A stretch of 64,000 nt of DNA from the NCBI GenBank assembly GCA_945861665.1, contig CAMAVS010000007.1, forward strand, positions 7,277 through 71,276, given 5' to 3'. Both the position numbers and the translations under genes were made by a program. The notes below the pieces were generated by a model. The model did no database searches. It worked only from the letters and a program-made list of their open reading frames with translations, and was not told the origin of the DNA. Below, one piece after another: positions 38,809-47,418 of this stretch. Within the stretch, counting starts at the first letter, position 1; each line of letters opens with the position of its first letter. The stretch comes from Chitinophaga pinensis. GTDB lineage: Bacteria > Bacteroidota > Bacteroidia > UBA4408.

Positions 38809-39888
38809 CTATTTCCGTTTCATCCTATTCTTTACCCTTTCTATAAAACCTAACTCTGCTTTAGCACTTTCAATTTCGCCAATCAGAAAACCGTAAGGTT
38901 TTAACGATTCGATGTGATCGCAAACAATTTTAAACATTGCGATAAGAGGAATGGCAAGAAAAATTCCCGGTATACCCCAAACCAATTCACCAATAACCAA
39001 TGCTATGATAGTAAACAATGGATTAATCTTTACCTGTGAACCAACAATGAAAGGTTCCAGCAACCATCCTTGTATAAATTGTACTATACCATAAGTACCT
39101 ACAATTCCTATCAGAACAAAAAAATTAGCTCCATTCACAGCAGCTATTAATACTGTAATAATTGTACCTGTGATATTTCCAATGAAAGGTACAATTTCTA
39201 ATAAGCCGCAAAGAAATGCGAAAAATAAAGGATTTTTAAGTCCTAAAATTGAAAAGCCAATTCCATACATTATCCATAAACATACAATCATTTTTGCTAA
39301 CCCGAGAAGATACTGCTGCGATACGTTAGCCGCCATATAAACAACTTTTTCCATTTCCATTTGCTTTGAAGGAGGCGAAAGTTTAACAAAGAAATTCTTA
39401 ATATGACCACGATAATATAACAGACCAAAAACATAAACCAATATCAAAATTAAACCACTTAAGATACTCGCAAGTGACCCTGCCATAAAAGATATTCCGC
39501 CAGTAACAGTAGACTGCTGATCCTTCAGCAATTGCCATTGCTTTTCAACTGTAATGCCAAGCTGAGATGATATATATTCTTGAATTCGATTCGCTGTTTC
39601 AATTGCACGTTGCTTTATAAGTACAACGTCACCAGTTAGTTCTGAAATCTGCCACCCTAAGAGTGAAAAAACACCAACTATTAAAAACAGCAATACAAAT
39701 AAACATATAAGTGCAGCAATTCCCCTATGCAATTTCTTCTCCATCCATCTACAAAACGGCAAGAAGAGAGTTGCTAAAACAGAGCCAATAGCAAGTGGCA
39801 TAAGAAAATCTTTCGCAAAATGCAATCCTGCAAAAACAAGAAAAATAATCAAAAGTTTTTTTAAAATTGAATTGGTGCTAGTTGTCAT
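38809..39888 (-). CDS. AI-2E family transporter (PerM/UPF0118)
   Basis: 359 aa; ~8 TM helices with the characteristic long central loop and the GxxGxFLAIPL-like C-terminal helix. Confidence 0.75.
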   Translation of the reverse strand: MTTSTNSILKKLLIIFLVFAGLHFAKDFLMPLAIGSVLATLFLPFCRWMEKKLHRGIAALICLFVLLFLIVGVFSLLGWQISELTGDVVLIKQRAIETANRIQEYISSQLGITVEKQWQLLKDQQSTVTGGISFMAGSLASILSGLILILVYVFGLLYYRGHIKNFFVKLSPPSKQMEMEKVVYMAANVSQQYLLGLAKMIVCLWIMYGIGFSILGLKNPLFFAFLCGLLEIVPFIGNITGTIITVLIAAVNGANFFVLIGIVGTYGIVQFIQGWLLEPFIVGSQVKINPLFTIIALVIGELVWGIPGIFLAIPLIAMFKIVCDHIESLKPYGFLIGEIESAKAELGFIERVKNRMKRK

Positions 39889-40087
39889 ATTTTAAATATT
39901 TATAAACTTCTTTATCAAAAAAATAATGAAACAAGTAAGCAATCCATTAAGATTCGGGTAGATTTTGCAATACAAATTTATCATAATTTCCTTACACTTA
40001 TATATGCATTAGGCCTCATTGACTTAGTAATAAATAATAAAATTAATTGCATATTGTTTCTTTTTATATCTTAGTAAACCAAATCAA

Positions 40088-41353
40088 TTGATTATGTACA
40101 GCAAAAGACACTTTATTAAAACGCTACTCCTTTCGGCAACTATCCCCTTTGCTTTAAAGGCTAAAAATATAATGAAACAAATACCAGAAGCTTTAAGCGA
40201 CCCTATACCCGATGATTTTTGGTTACAAATACGAAATGACTACAAACTGAAATCAGACTATATCAATCTTGAAAATGGCTATTACAGTATGATGGCACAA
40301 CCGGTTTTAGAAAATTATTTGAAAGATCTCCAAAGAGTAAATTTGGAAGGGTCTTACTATATGAGAACCGTTCAATATGAAGAAAGGCAAAAAATAAAGG
40401 AGCGCTTGGCAGCATTTATAGGATGTGACTCAACCGAACTAATTATTACACGAAATACAACAGAGTCGTTAGACACCATTATTTCGGGTTATAAATGGAC
40501 ATCGGGAGATGAAGCATTAATGGCAGAACAAGATTATGGAAGTATGTTGGATATGTTTAAACAACAAGCTAAGAGGGTTGGAATAATTAACAAAATGGTT
40601 TCTATCCCACTAAATCCCAAAAGTGATGAGGATATAGTTGGCTTGTACGAAAAGGCAATTACACCAAAAACAAAATTGCTGATGATATCGCATATCATAA
40701 ACATTACTGGACACATTTTACCTGTAAAAAAAATATGCGATATGGCACATCGTAAAGGCGTTGAAGTAATGGTGGACGGTGCACATGCAATAGCCCATTT
40801 TGATTTTAAAATATCTGAATTGGGCTGCGATTACTACGGAAGCAGTCTGCATAAATGGTTAGGAACTCCATTGGGAGCAGGTATTTTATATGTTCGTAAA
40901 GAAAAAATTAACACTATTTGGCCTTTGTTTGGAGAACTTGCTTATGCCGACAATGATATTCTTAAATTAAATCATACAGGAACAACAACCGTGGCTTGTA
41001 ACATTGCAATTCATCATGCAATAGATTATCATAATAAAATTGGTACTAAACGTAAAGAAGAGCGACTTCGATTTTTACAACAATATTGGACAAGCAAAGT
41101 AAAACCTGTTACTAATATTTATTTAAACACACCGAATGATATTAACAGAAGTTGCGCCATAGCAAATGTGGGAATTACAGGGATTAAACCCTCTGACTTA
41201 GCAAAAACATTGTTGAAAAAATACAAAATATGGACGGTCGCCATTGATTCGGCAAATGTTCAAGGAGTTCGTGTAACGCCTCATATATACACAACAATCG
41301 AGGAACTCGATTTGTTTGTTACAGCTCTAAAAGAAATTGCCAAGGGTAATTGA
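40088..41353 (+). CDS. class V aminotransferase-fold PLP-dependent enzyme with N-terminal export (possibly Tat-like KRHFIK) signal
   Basis: 421 aa; PLP-lysine context YGSSLHKWLGTPLGAG; cysteine-desulfurase/isopenicillin-N-epimerase-like fold. Confidence 0.75.
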   Translation: MIMYSKRHFIKTLLLSATIPFALKAKNIMKQIPEALSDPIPDDFWLQIRNDYKLKSDYINLENGYYSMMAQPVLENYLKDLQRVNLEGSYYMRTVQYEERQKIKERLAAFIGCDSTELIITRNTTESLDTIISGYKWTSGDEALMAEQDYGSMLDMFKQQAKRVGIINKMVSIPLNPKSDEDIVGLYEKAITPKTKLLMISHIINITGHILPVKKICDMAHRKGVEVMVDGAHAIAHFDFKISELGCDYYGSSLHKWLGTPLGAGILYVRKEKINTIWPLFGELAYADNDILKLNHTGTTTVACNIAIHHAIDYHNKIGTKRKEERLRFLQQYWTSKVKPVTNIYLNTPNDINRSCAIANVGITGIKPSDLAKTLLKKYKIWTVAIDSANVQGVRVTPHIYTTIEELDLFVTALKEIAKGN

Positions 41354-41380
41354 TTAGCTAATCAAATGTTAATATATTTG
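41350..41380 (+). promoter_or_regulatory. candidate Bacteroidota-type promoter (TTG …20 nt… TATATTTG)
   Basis: TATATTTG matches TAnnTTTG -7 consensus, 37 nt upstream of ATG at 41417; partial -33 TTG at 41350. Confidence 0.25.
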
Positions 41381-41416
41381 TACGGCTTGATTTACACAAT
41401 TTAACACTCAACATTT

Positions 41417-43891
41417 ATGATAATTCAATACCGCTTCCCCTTCAAAAACTTTAGTTTTTTTGCTACACTTTTCTGTTTCTTGCATTTTAATACAAATGCT
41501 CAAGTTAAACTATATGGATTAACAAGCGCAGGCGGTACAGATGGAATAGGAACCATTTTTGAATTTAACCCTACGGGAGCTACACATACACTAAAGCAGT
41601 CTATGAAAAATTTGGCTCCGGGGAGTTTTCCTGCATACTTAGAACTAACTGATGGTGGTAACGGAAAGTTTTATGGTGTTGCCTCTGAAGGAGGCTCAAC
41701 AGATGAAGGTGTTATTTTTGAATGGGACCCAGCTACTAATATATATATCCGCAAAATTGATATGAATGGCGCAGGAGGTAGTTATCCATTTAGTACTATT
41801 GTATTGAACGCAGGAAAATTCTACGGAATGACACACTTGGGTGGAGCAAACGGCTTAGGTGCTATTTTTGAATGGGACCCCGTTACAAACATCTATATAA
41901 AGAAAAAAGATTTTGACCTTACTACCGGTGGACTTCCTTATGGCACATTAACACTTTACAATGGAAAGTTTTACGGACTTACACAGTATGGCGGTGCTAA
42001 TTTTTTCGGAACACTTTTTGAATGGGACCCTGTTACTAATATCTGTATAGCAAAGGTGAATTTCTCCGCTGCTATCGGAAGTAAGCCCTATGGCTCTTTA
42101 ACAGTTAGTGGTACCAAACTATACGGAATGACCCGTGATGGTGGAGCAACTAACGAAGGGGTAATTTTTGAATGGAATCCTGCTAATAACATCTATACAA
42201 AAAAAATAGATTTGAGCGCAACTCTCGGAAGTAGTCCTTACGGAACAATGATATTGAATGGAAGTAAATTCTACGGAATGACGAATGTCGGAGGAGCAAA
42301 CGGTAAAGGAGTAATTTTTGAATGGAATCCGGTAGGGAATGTGTATACAAAAAAAATTGATTTCACCGGAACAAACGGTGGTAACCCATACAGTAAATTA
42401 ACTCTTAATGGCACAAAATTATATGGTATAACCTACGGCGGTGGAGCAAACTCATTGGGCGTGATTTTTGAGTGGGACCCTATAGCTAACACCTACACTA
42501 AAAAAATAGATCTTAGCGCTTCAGGTGGCAGCAACCCTTTTAGTTCACTTGCTTTTGCAGGAGGTAAATTTTATGGCACCACTAATACCGGAGGAGCAAG
42601 AAACAAAGGAGTTATTTTTGAATGGGATCCAGCAGGAAATACCTACACTAAAAAAATTGATTTAAACATCAGTATAGGTAGTAATCCTTATGCGACATTG
42701 ACTTCGGATGGAGTAAGTAAATTTTATGGCAGCACTCTAAATGGAGGAGCAAATGCAGGTGGAATTATTTTTGAATGGAATCCTGTAAGCAATACCTATA
42801 CAAGTAAAATTGACCTCAGTACTGCGAACGGAATTAATCCACACGGAACAATGGTATGGTACAACAATAAGTTTTACGGAATGACTGAAAAAGGTGGGGT
42901 AAACGGACTCGGTGTTATATTTGAATGGGACCCTATAGCGAATGTGTATACCAAAAAAATTGACTTAACAAAAACAAATGGTAATAGTCCTTGGGGGAAC
43001 CTTACACTCAACGGAAATAAGTTTTACGGAATGACACACAATGGAGGAGCAACGGAGGAGGGAGTGATATTTGAATGGGATCCTGCAAGCAATGTGTATA
43101 CAAAAAAGAGAGATTTTAGCGCAGCAAGTGGTAGCAGCCCTTTCGGTTCATTAACAGAATACAATGGTAAACTTTATGGTATGACCAACAGTGGTGGTGC
43201 AAACAATGCAGGTGTTATTTTTGAGTGGGACCCAGTAACAAATACCTACACAAAAAAAATCGACTTTATAGCAGGAAATGGAACCAACCCTTTTGGATCA
43301 TTAACATTGGCTAACGGAAAATTCTATGGTCTTACTTATCAGGGCGGAGCAAACTTTGCAGGTGTTATTTTTAAATGGGACCCAGTAACAAATACCTACA
43401 CCAATAAAGCTGATTTTATGGGCCCTATAGGCAAAAACCCTTATGGTGCTATGACACTCATTGGAAGTAAGTTTTACGGTATGACCTCACAAGGGGGCGC
43501 AAACAATGTAGGGGTAATTTTTGAATGGGATACACTTACGAATATCTATTCCAAAGTTTTTGATTTTAGCCTTTCATTAGGGAGCATTCCATACGGAGAC
43601 TTCCTTGCATTTGATATTTCAATTATATCTGTGAAAGAAACTGCGTTATCAGATAAGTATATAAACATATATCCCAATCCGGCAAAATCAACACTTACAG
43701 TAGAAGCTAAAAATGGGGTGCTCGCAAAAAATGATTTGAGAATTACAACTATTTTGGGGCAAGAAATGCAAGTTAAAATTGACAATATAAATGTTTCAAA
43801 GGCAGCATTGGATGTCAGCGGACTTAGCCCAGGCTTCTATATACTACATTACGGTACAGATAAGCATATGGTAAAATTTGTAAAGGAGTAA
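41417..43891 (+). CDS. T9SS type-A CTD protein built from ~15 tandem ~44-aa beta-propeller-type repeats (GloVer-like)
   Basis: 824 aa; signal peptide; repeat consensus KFYGMTxxGGANxxGVIFEWDPxTNxYTKKIDFxxxxGSNPYGSLTLxNG; C-terminal …INIYPNPAKSTLTVEA…GFYILHYGTDKHMVKFVKE CTD. Confidence 0.7.
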   Translation: MIIQYRFPFKNFSFFATLFCFLHFNTNAQVKLYGLTSAGGTDGIGTIFEFNPTGATHTLKQSMKNLAPGSFPAYLELTDGGNGKFYGVASEGGSTDEGVIFEWDPATNIYIRKIDMNGAGGSYPFSTIVLNAGKFYGMTHLGGANGLGAIFEWDPVTNIYIKKKDFDLTTGGLPYGTLTLYNGKFYGLTQYGGANFFGTLFEWDPVTNICIAKVNFSAAIGSKPYGSLTVSGTKLYGMTRDGGATNEGVIFEWNPANNIYTKKIDLSATLGSSPYGTMILNGSKFYGMTNVGGANGKGVIFEWNPVGNVYTKKIDFTGTNGGNPYSKLTLNGTKLYGITYGGGANSLGVIFEWDPIANTYTKKIDLSASGGSNPFSSLAFAGGKFYGTTNTGGARNKGVIFEWDPAGNTYTKKIDLNISIGSNPYATLTSDGVSKFYGSTLNGGANAGGIIFEWNPVSNTYTSKIDLSTANGINPHGTMVWYNNKFYGMTEKGGVNGLGVIFEWDPIANVYTKKIDLTKTNGNSPWGNLTLNGNKFYGMTHNGGATEEGVIFEWDPASNVYTKKRDFSAASGSSPFGSLTEYNGKLYGMTNSGGANNAGVIFEWDPVTNTYTKKIDFIAGNGTNPFGSLTLANGKFYGLTYQGGANFAGVIFKWDPVTNTYTNKADFMGPIGKNPYGAMTLIGSKFYGMTSQGGANNVGVIFEWDTLTNIYSKVFDFSLSLGSIPYGDFLAFDISIISVKETALSDKYINIYPNPAKSTLTVEAKNGVLAKNDLRITTILGQEMQVKIDNINVSKAALDVSGLSPGFYILHYGTDKHMVKFVKE
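41500..43570. repeat. ~132-bp coding tandem repeat array (≈15 copies)
   Basis: recurring ggtgttatttttgaatgggaccc… units visible directly in DNA. Confidence 0.7.
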
Positions 43892-43897
43892 AGATTA

Positions 43898-45364
43898 CTA
43901 CCCCTTTATTCCAATAACAAGTATATCATCGGTTTGGTCGAAATTCTTTTTCCAATTATCTAAGGTTTTTCTGATTGCCTTTTCCTGCTCATTCATTGAG
44001 AGATTGTGTATGGAAAACAAGAGTTCCTTAAATGTTTTGCTTTTGAATTTTTTACCTGCTGGTCCTCCCATCTGATCAACAAAACCATCGGTAAAAACAT
44101 AAAGCGAATCGCCCGAATGAATTTTAATAGTGTGATTTGTAAAGGGCTTTAACTCGCTCAAATAAATGCCTATGGGTTGCTTGTCGGCCTTTATTTCTTC
44201 AATTACATTAGGAGGTAAAGTATTCGTAAGCACATTTGAAATGGCAAATTGTTTTTCGCTTGTTCCGTTTTTTTCTTCGTTGTTTCGAATAATCCATAAC
44301 GGGTTGTTCGCACCCGCATACTCAACAGTCCCTTCCTTATCATCAAAACTAAGCAATGAAATATCCATTCCATCCTTGTTTTCACCATCTACACCCGATT
44401 GTTTCAAGGAAGAAATGATGAGCACTCTTAGTTGATCCAAAATTTCGGAAGGGGTAGTAATACCCTTTTCATTTACTATTTGATTTAGAAAACCATTCCC
44501 AATCATACTCATAAATGCACCCGGCACACCGTGACCTGTAGAGTCCACGGCTGCTAATAATTTCTTCCCATTCTTTTCCGAGAACCAATAAAAATCGCCC
44601 GATACAATATCCCTTGGCTGGAACAACAAAAAAGAATCTGGAAACAATTTATTTTTCAATTCTTTAGGTGGAAGTATCGCTTCTTGTATCCGCTTCGCAG
44701 AGTTTATACTGTCCGTTATATCCTTGTTCTTTTCTTCGATTATTTCGTTTTTTACCTCAAGGAGTTTGTTGGATTCAACCAGTGCAAGCCGAGAAATAAT
44801 TTCTTTTTTTGTTAGGGAGTATCTTGAATGTATAAGTACAACGCAAATGAAAGCAACTGTTGCAACCAACATTCCGCCGTTCACCAAAATATCTTGTATG
44901 CTTAAAGGGCTCAATCCCTTTAAGAAAATAATATTTGCAATCAAAGAAATCACAACTACTGATATGGACCAAATAGGTTTCCACAGCACAAGCATACCTG
45001 CACCAATGAAAAGTGCGATGTAAGCAAAAACGTGTTTTTGAAGCATAGGAACATCCATTACACTCCACATGTAAGCGTTCTGCAAGGAGATGCCCATCAC
45101 AGGAATAAATATTAAAACTTCAGTGCTGATGTTTAATTTTTTACGAAGCAGTACGCCCAATAAGACAAGTGAAGTAACTCCTATACGCACTGCAAAAAAG
45201 GTTTTCCAGTATTCAGGTATTGTAAAATAATCGGCAACAAACCACATAGGGTTAAGCACAATAGCCACCCAACAAACAATTACATGGTGCTTGGTAGCAA
45301 TCCTTTCGAGTTCTATTTCCCAATCGGGTTTTAAAGGTATGTTCTTTTTAGCAGACAAGGTCAT
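43898..45364 (-). CDS. multi-pass membrane sensor PP2C-type phosphatase (SpoIIE family), paralog of 24052-25851 product
   Basis: 488 aa; ~6 N-terminal TM helices; C-terminal …DIVSGDFYWFSEKNGKKLLAAVDSTGHGVPGAFMSMIG… nearly identical motif set to the other phosphatase. Confidence 0.75.
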   Translation of the reverse strand: MTLSAKKNIPLKPDWEIELERIATKHHVIVCWVAIVLNPMWFVADYFTIPEYWKTFFAVRIGVTSLVLLGVLLRKKLNISTEVLIFIPVMGISLQNAYMWSVMDVPMLQKHVFAYIALFIGAGMLVLWKPIWSISVVVISLIANIIFLKGLSPLSIQDILVNGGMLVATVAFICVVLIHSRYSLTKKEIISRLALVESNKLLEVKNEIIEEKNKDITDSINSAKRIQEAILPPKELKNKLFPDSFLLFQPRDIVSGDFYWFSEKNGKKLLAAVDSTGHGVPGAFMSMIGNGFLNQIVNEKGITTPSEILDQLRVLIISSLKQSGVDGENKDGMDISLLSFDDKEGTVEYAGANNPLWIIRNNEEKNGTSEKQFAISNVLTNTLPPNVIEEIKADKQPIGIYLSELKPFTNHTIKIHSGDSLYVFTDGFVDQMGGPAGKKFKSKTFKELLFSIHNLSMNEQEKAIRKTLDNWKKNFDQTDDILVIGIKG

Positions 45365-45434
45365 GGATGGCTTTACACAAAGCTAATCAATTAATTATAC
45401 TATGTAACAGACAAAACTACATTTTAGTTTATGC

Positions 45435-47219
45435 CTATTGATTATTTATAACAATCAATTTACCACGCAACAAAACATTGGAGCCCTTTTGTAAGGCATA
45501 AAAATAGGATCCGCTTTCGACTTCATTCAATACTATTTCATTTCCATTGAGAGCAACTATTTTCACTTTATCTCCCATTAAATTATAGATGGTTAGCACA
45601 CACTGAGTATCTTCATAAACTCCTATCCCTTCAATGTATATTCGATCATTACATGGATTGGGGAACAGGCTAATTTTCGGTTTTACATCAGTGATTATTA
45701 TTTGCTCTACCAATTTATAATCAACAGCACAATCAGTAAATGCACTTCCTTGTAGTTGCCTTTGTTGAGCCGGAATAGTTCCGCTGCTAATAATGTTGGG
45801 GATACCTATGCTTGGCCACGTTGCATTAAAAGCAATGTAACCAGGCTTTATTTTTTTATAATAAGAAGTGTCGTTTAATGTATTTGTATTAGCAGGTTGT
45901 ATTGTTCCTTTAATGTTATTTCCGTGAGCAAAATGTCCGTTGCCACTTAATTGATACATTCCCATAAACGGGCCATTGTTTGTTACTTCATTGCCAACAA
46001 AATTCTGGTTGTTGCTTGGTGGATTGCTATTCATAAATATTCCATATAAATCAGCTCGGTTTCTAAAATAAGTATTGTAAGGACCATTTATTCCGTGCGA
46101 ATCATCAATTACAATGTTCTGCCCTGTATTACCTTCAAATAAATTTAAAAATGTATAATTACCGTGTAACACCATATCTCCTGCCGAGTTCGCGGGAAGT
46201 GCTCCGCTTACCCAATATGGGTTAACAGATGAATTGTATGCATATACGTTGCCATTTGCACCCGACTGAATTAACATAGAATGACGCAAGTGGTTAAATA
46301 CATTGTTCTCGATTAAACATTCGCCAGATGTGGCCTGCGCAACAACACCGTAAGCTTGTCCACCTCCACCGTATGCAAATGCATCGTGAAAATAGCATCC
46401 GCTAATTTCAATATTACTTGAATTTGAAATGGCAATATGTGCAAAATTGCAGGTATCACTCTCTACTCCTTTTACCCAACAATTGACGGCATAATTTATA
46501 TCGATGTTTGTAGTTTGACCTAAACTTTGATCGAGTCGCTTTATTTTCAAACACTCAATTCCCACTTCCTTTACAGGCAACATTTTTCTCACTCTACAAC
46601 TATCATTCAATACAAAACTCTTACGCAAGGGACTGTTTAAATTTATTCTGTTTCCAACAATTGTACTTATTTGTACTATTTGTCCTACTGAGCCGTATGC
46701 CCAATTTGAAAAAAGCAATGCGCTATCGTTTTGGAAAATTTTAATATAATCGTTTGCCTGAAATAATTGTGGATTGTCCAGTACAATAAAACTGCTATCC
46801 TTATCAGCATTGGCAATAAAACGAGCAATAGTGTTGCTGACAGAACCGTTAACGCGTATTAAATCACTTGCACCACTTAAATCAAAACTCAGTGTTGTGC
46901 TATCGGAAGAATTTCCTTTTAAAACAATGCTATCATTTAATACAATAGAGGATTGAAATAAATAATTACCTGAAGGAAAATAAATTATACTGCTGTTTCC
47001 ATTCAAAGAAGCAATGGCATTTTGTATGGCAACATCGTTTACTGTTAGGCCATCACCTACTCCGGCAAAATTTGTAATGTCAATTATATTTGCCGAAACA
47101 GTAATTGCTCCGCGATGACCCGCCAAGCTCCAATCGGTTCGCCTTGCAGATGGAATTACTTGAGCAAATAAAGATTGAACGGTTAATACTAAAAAAAGGA
47201 ATAGTGTTTTAAAATGCAT
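45435..47219 (-). CDS. right-handed parallel beta-helix (pectate-lyase-fold) protein with T9SS type-A CTD
   Basis: 594 aa; signal peptide; beta-helix repeats (…NSSNIEISGCYFHDAFAYGGGGQAYG…); C-terminus …ISLFPNPCNDRIYIEG…YNLMGDKVKIVAL…SGSYFYAL… CTD. Confidence 0.7.
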   Translation of the reverse strand: MHFKTLFLFLVLTVQSLFAQVIPSARRTDWSLAGHRGAITVSANIIDITNFAGVGDGLTVNDVAIQNAIASLNGNSSIIYFPSGNYLFQSSIVLNDSIVLKGNSSDSTTLSFDLSGASDLIRVNGSVSNTIARFIANADKDSSFIVLDNPQLFQANDYIKIFQNDSALLFSNWAYGSVGQIVQISTIVGNRINLNSPLRKSFVLNDSCRVRKMLPVKEVGIECLKIKRLDQSLGQTTNIDINYAVNCWVKGVESDTCNFAHIAISNSSNIEISGCYFHDAFAYGGGGQAYGVVAQATSGECLIENNVFNHLRHSMLIQSGANGNVYAYNSSVNPYWVSGALPANSAGDMVLHGNYTFLNLFEGNTGQNIVIDDSHGINGPYNTYFRNRADLYGIFMNSNPPSNNQNFVGNEVTNNGPFMGMYQLSGNGHFAHGNNIKGTIQPANTNTLNDTSYYKKIKPGYIAFNATWPSIGIPNIISSGTIPAQQRQLQGSAFTDCAVDYKLVEQIIITDVKPKISLFPNPCNDRIYIEGIGVYEDTQCVLTIYNLMGDKVKIVALNGNEIVLNEVESGSYFYALQKGSNVLLRGKLIVINNQ

Positions 47220-47418
47220 TTTACAAACCTATGCATTTTTTTCAACAGATTTTTTTGGTCTTAATTGCTTGTAAGTTGAAAAAAATTAGAGTGAATATTT
47301 TTAAAAAAAATAATAATTATTATACATTGAAATAATATAGATTTAATTTCCAGCTATTATCATTGCTGCCGTCAAAACAAATAATCAATTATAATAAAAA
47401 CCACTTAAAAACAATTTT

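Noticed and set aside
40088-40170. Twin-arginine (Tat) signal on the class V aminotransferase
   Set aside because: The motif is KRHFIK (Lys-Arg, not Arg-Arg). This is suggestive but not diagnostic, so it is reported only as 'possibly Tat-like'.
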